A stretch of 52,614 nt of DNA, the filler included, from Sphacelaria rigidula (Eukaryota), in NCBI GenBank assembly GCA_964200075.2. It is 4 parts of 4 records of this genome, joined end to end, with 100 filler letters (N's around TTAATTAATTAA, not from the genome) between each part and the next. Parts side by side here need not be neighbours in the genome. Positions count along the whole stretch, not along the records: positions 39,539 to 52,614 come from CAXNAA020003171.1; 3 more parts are not named here. One strand, written 5' to 3'. The notes beneath the pieces were generated by a model. It ran no database searches and had not been told where the DNA came from. It worked only from the letters and a program-made list of their open reading frames with translations. Shown piece by piece: positions 49,710 through 52,614 of this stretch. The number at the start of each line of letters is the position of its first letter. Position 1 is the first letter of the stretch. Position numbers and translations under genes: made by a program.

Positions 49710-52424
49710 ATGCCGCGGCATCGTATTGTCAAGGTTGAAGCATTACTGGTGTCGGTATTCCTTGTCGGTGTTGGGACGAACGTGGAGTGCTTCGCCCCTC
49801 CCTCTGCCTCGTTAGAAGTGAGTGCAGCGGGCCACCGCCGCATTGCCCGCAACAGGCACGCCAGTAGCATGCCTTCGCACGCCGCTTCAACAACATGGAC
49901 ACACCGCAGCAGATCCATAACACCATTGCTCCTGCAAAGCAGCAGACACAATTGCAGCCGTAAGCGACCCCGAACGCTTTCGCCATCCCGGTTGACTGTA
50001 GGAGATGATGGAGCCGAGACCTCAGCCGATACTGCTGAACTCAACGACGTCGTTGGCCGATCGAATGCCGTTGACAACCTCCCGCTTCCCCCGCGACTGC
50101 GGGCGATGGTGGAAAACCTCGACCGGCAGCCTGACTTGTGCAGCAAGAGCAAGCTCCTGGTTCACATGGGCGACGCGTTTTCGTTGACGGGTGCCTACTG
50201 CGCCAACAGCCCTTTAACATCGTCATCATCATCATTGAGTAATGAGGGCGCACCGCCATCAAAACAACCACCGCCGCCGCCGCCGCAGTTGCACAAAGTA
50301 CCTGGGTGTGTGTCCGAGGTGTACGTAGCAGTAGATGTGCGTAGTCGCGATGGTGGTGGTGGTGGTTGTGGATCCGTGCTTCCATCAGAATCATCAGAGT
50401 TGACGGAAGACACCACGAGGATGAACGTCGAACGCGAGATCGAAAATACTGCTTATGTGTCTATCTGTGGAAGCGCAGACGCGAGGGTGTCTCGTGGTAT
50501 CCTCGCGCTCCTGTCACAAGGATTGGAAGGGGAGAGTCCGGCGACGGTGCTGGGTCTGAGGGGCAAGGATCTCGCGATTGCCGTGGGAATGAGAGCGGGC
50601 CTGACGAGCAGTCGCATCAACGGCCTTGGAAACATGCTGAGCGTTATCCAGAGGGAGGTCTGGCAGCAGCAACAGCGCCTCGAAGAACAACGACGACCAC
50701 CACCATCACCAAAAACAGCCGCCGTAACAGCAACAGTCCCAGATGTAAAAGTGGCAACAATGACGCCAGCAAAAGATGAGGACGAGAAAAACGCCGCTAA
50801 TGACGATTGTGTCAATGAGGTGACGTTCTCCACCGGCGTCTATGACGACGCTGACACCCACGCCGACATCGGTGCCGTCGGCGAGGACTTGGGTAGCAGT
50901 AAACTTCACACCCCGCCAGTAATCGACGCTGCGGCAGCTGTTCCTGGGCCATCACCATTCTCGTCATCTCCTTTGCCTCGGAACGAATTCAGGGACGCTC
51001 CTGATCCGGCGATGGAAGCGAAGGAGGGAGAATATGCCGATCTATCAAGACGATCGGGCGGCTACAAAACCGATGCACATGATCGAGGGGCGCTTGATCT
51101 TGGATTGGGCGAGCGGAAGGAGACGAAGAAGGAGGAGGCTACACGCTGGACTCCGCTACCTGGCTCGGAGGACGAGGTAGCGGTGCTGTTGTCCGGGGGG
51201 GTGGACTCGTCGGTGGCGCTGCGGCTGTTGCAGGATCAGGGTTACCGTGTCCGTGCGTTTTACCTCAAGATCTGGCTTGAGGACGAGCTTGCGCACCTTG
51301 GGGAGTGCCCTTGGGTGAGACTTGAGAGCGTGCTATGCGTATGACTAGTTTTGTTGTAGACACTTGAGAATCGCGTTGCGGCTTAGAAGGGTAACGAAAT
51401 TGATGTGCAACCGGATCGACGTTTCTTTGTCTTCATCTCAAGTTGAAGGTGAGATTACCGTAGTTCTCGTTTGTTGGGAGTATGCGGAAAGATATCGTCT
51501 CGTGCGGCTGCAACCTAGTGGGTATGCTAATCCGCTTGAACCGCAACTGGCACCGTATCACGGTTGACTGCTTTGTGTAAGTAAAACGGTATGTACACGA
51601 GTCCTCCTTTAGGCGAGGTCTCGAAAATTTCCACGGAGATTTACATGAGCGCTGGTGCTAGTAGACTGCCTTTCTGTTTGCTGTACTCTACACACACACG
51701 CCCCTTTCATACACACTACACGCAACCGCAACTCATGGTTCTCACATTTTCCGTGCACTATATAGTGTACCGGTCGCAGTGATACGAACGAACAAACTTG
51801 CTATGCATGAGGCAGGAGTTAAATCTCAGTGTATGCTCCAACACTCATGATAAGGCCGCGTCTTGTAGTCAGAAAACGTATTCTCTGAGGACTACCCTTT
51901 TTGAACCTTTCATCGCTGATTTTTGGCGAAATATGGTCCTCGGCAGATTGGACCTCCTCTGAAAGAGTCTTTCAGGGGAAACCGAGTCCGTTTTCTGACT
52001 ATATAAAGCGGCCCAACACACCGTTGCGTATTTTCTGGTGACGGTTTTCCCCACCCGTACCCGAAAACCCTTGTCCCCCTAACTTCGGTGTTCTTCATAT
52101 TTTACCCCCCCCTCCCAAAAACAAACACACGAAAAACAAAAACACGCGCAGGAGGAAGACTTGGCCTACGCGACAGCAGTCTGTGAGAAGGCACGGGTGC
52201 CGCTGGAGGTTGTGCCGCTGCAGCGCGAGTACTGGGAACACGTGGTGGCTTACACGGTACGCGAGGCTCGGGCGGGGCGGACCCCTAACCCAGATGTGAT
52301 GTGTAACAGCAGGATAAAGTTCGGCATGTTTTATGATCACGTAGGGAGGCACTTCAGGCACGTCGCTACCGGACACTACGCGAGGCTTGAGCGCGATGGT
52401 GAGGATGGCACTCCCGACAACCAG
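49710..52424 (+). CDS. mnmA: Predicted plastid-targeted SufE-domain / tRNA-specific 2-thiouridylase MnmA fusion protein (exons 1-2; 3' end beyond contig)
   Basis: Exon 1 (49710-51314, ..ECPW|gtgaga): signal peptide ending VEC-FAP, SufE motifs ([44 protein letters not shown]), then MnmA PP-loop [14 protein letters not shown]. Exon 2 (52152-52424, gcag|..CAG|gtgagc): [32 protein letters not shown]. Confidence 0.92.
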
Positions 52425-52614
52425 GTGAGCGTTTGTTCACATCTCTCTGTATATATGAATCACATTGAGAGCAATGCTAGGAGACTGTGTCCGTGGGATG
52501 TGTGTGGCTTGGGGGAGGGGGGGGGGGGGGGGGGGAGGTCATAATTTTACATGCCGTGTTGATTGTGGGGGGGGGGGGAGGAAGGCGGTAGGTATGGTTT
52601 TTTTATACTTACAA

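Overview
Eukaryotic, intron-rich DNA of intermediate GC. It is most consistent with a brown alga (Phaeophyceae); this is inferred from gene style, a heterokont-type plastid presequence and the repeat content. The window is not one locus. It is four contigs of near-identical, non-increasing length (1-13080, 13181-26260, 26361-39438, 39539-52614) joined by artificial 100-bp N/TTAATTAATTAA/N spacers. Contig 1 holds two decayed Ty3/Gypsy LTR retrotransposons whose integrases end in a chromodomain-like module plus a second Royal-family-like module (Tudor-like in one, PWWP-like in the other). Contig 2 holds a high-copy repeat, a tRNA-derived SINE, a probable decayed Mutator (MULE) element with a Ulp1-like protease, and exons encoding an F5/8 type C (CBM32-like) domain. 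Contig 3 holds a Cys-rich repeat protein gene, a 482-bp foldback MITE, SINEs and a head-to-head pair of paralogous signal-peptide exons. Contig 4 holds a large Tudor-like-domain gene. It also holds the most notable feature: a predicted plastid-targeted fusion of a SufE sulfur-carrier domain to the tRNA 2-thiouridylase MnmA, with both domains starting in one exon. All domain calls are by-eye motif recognition; no searches were run.
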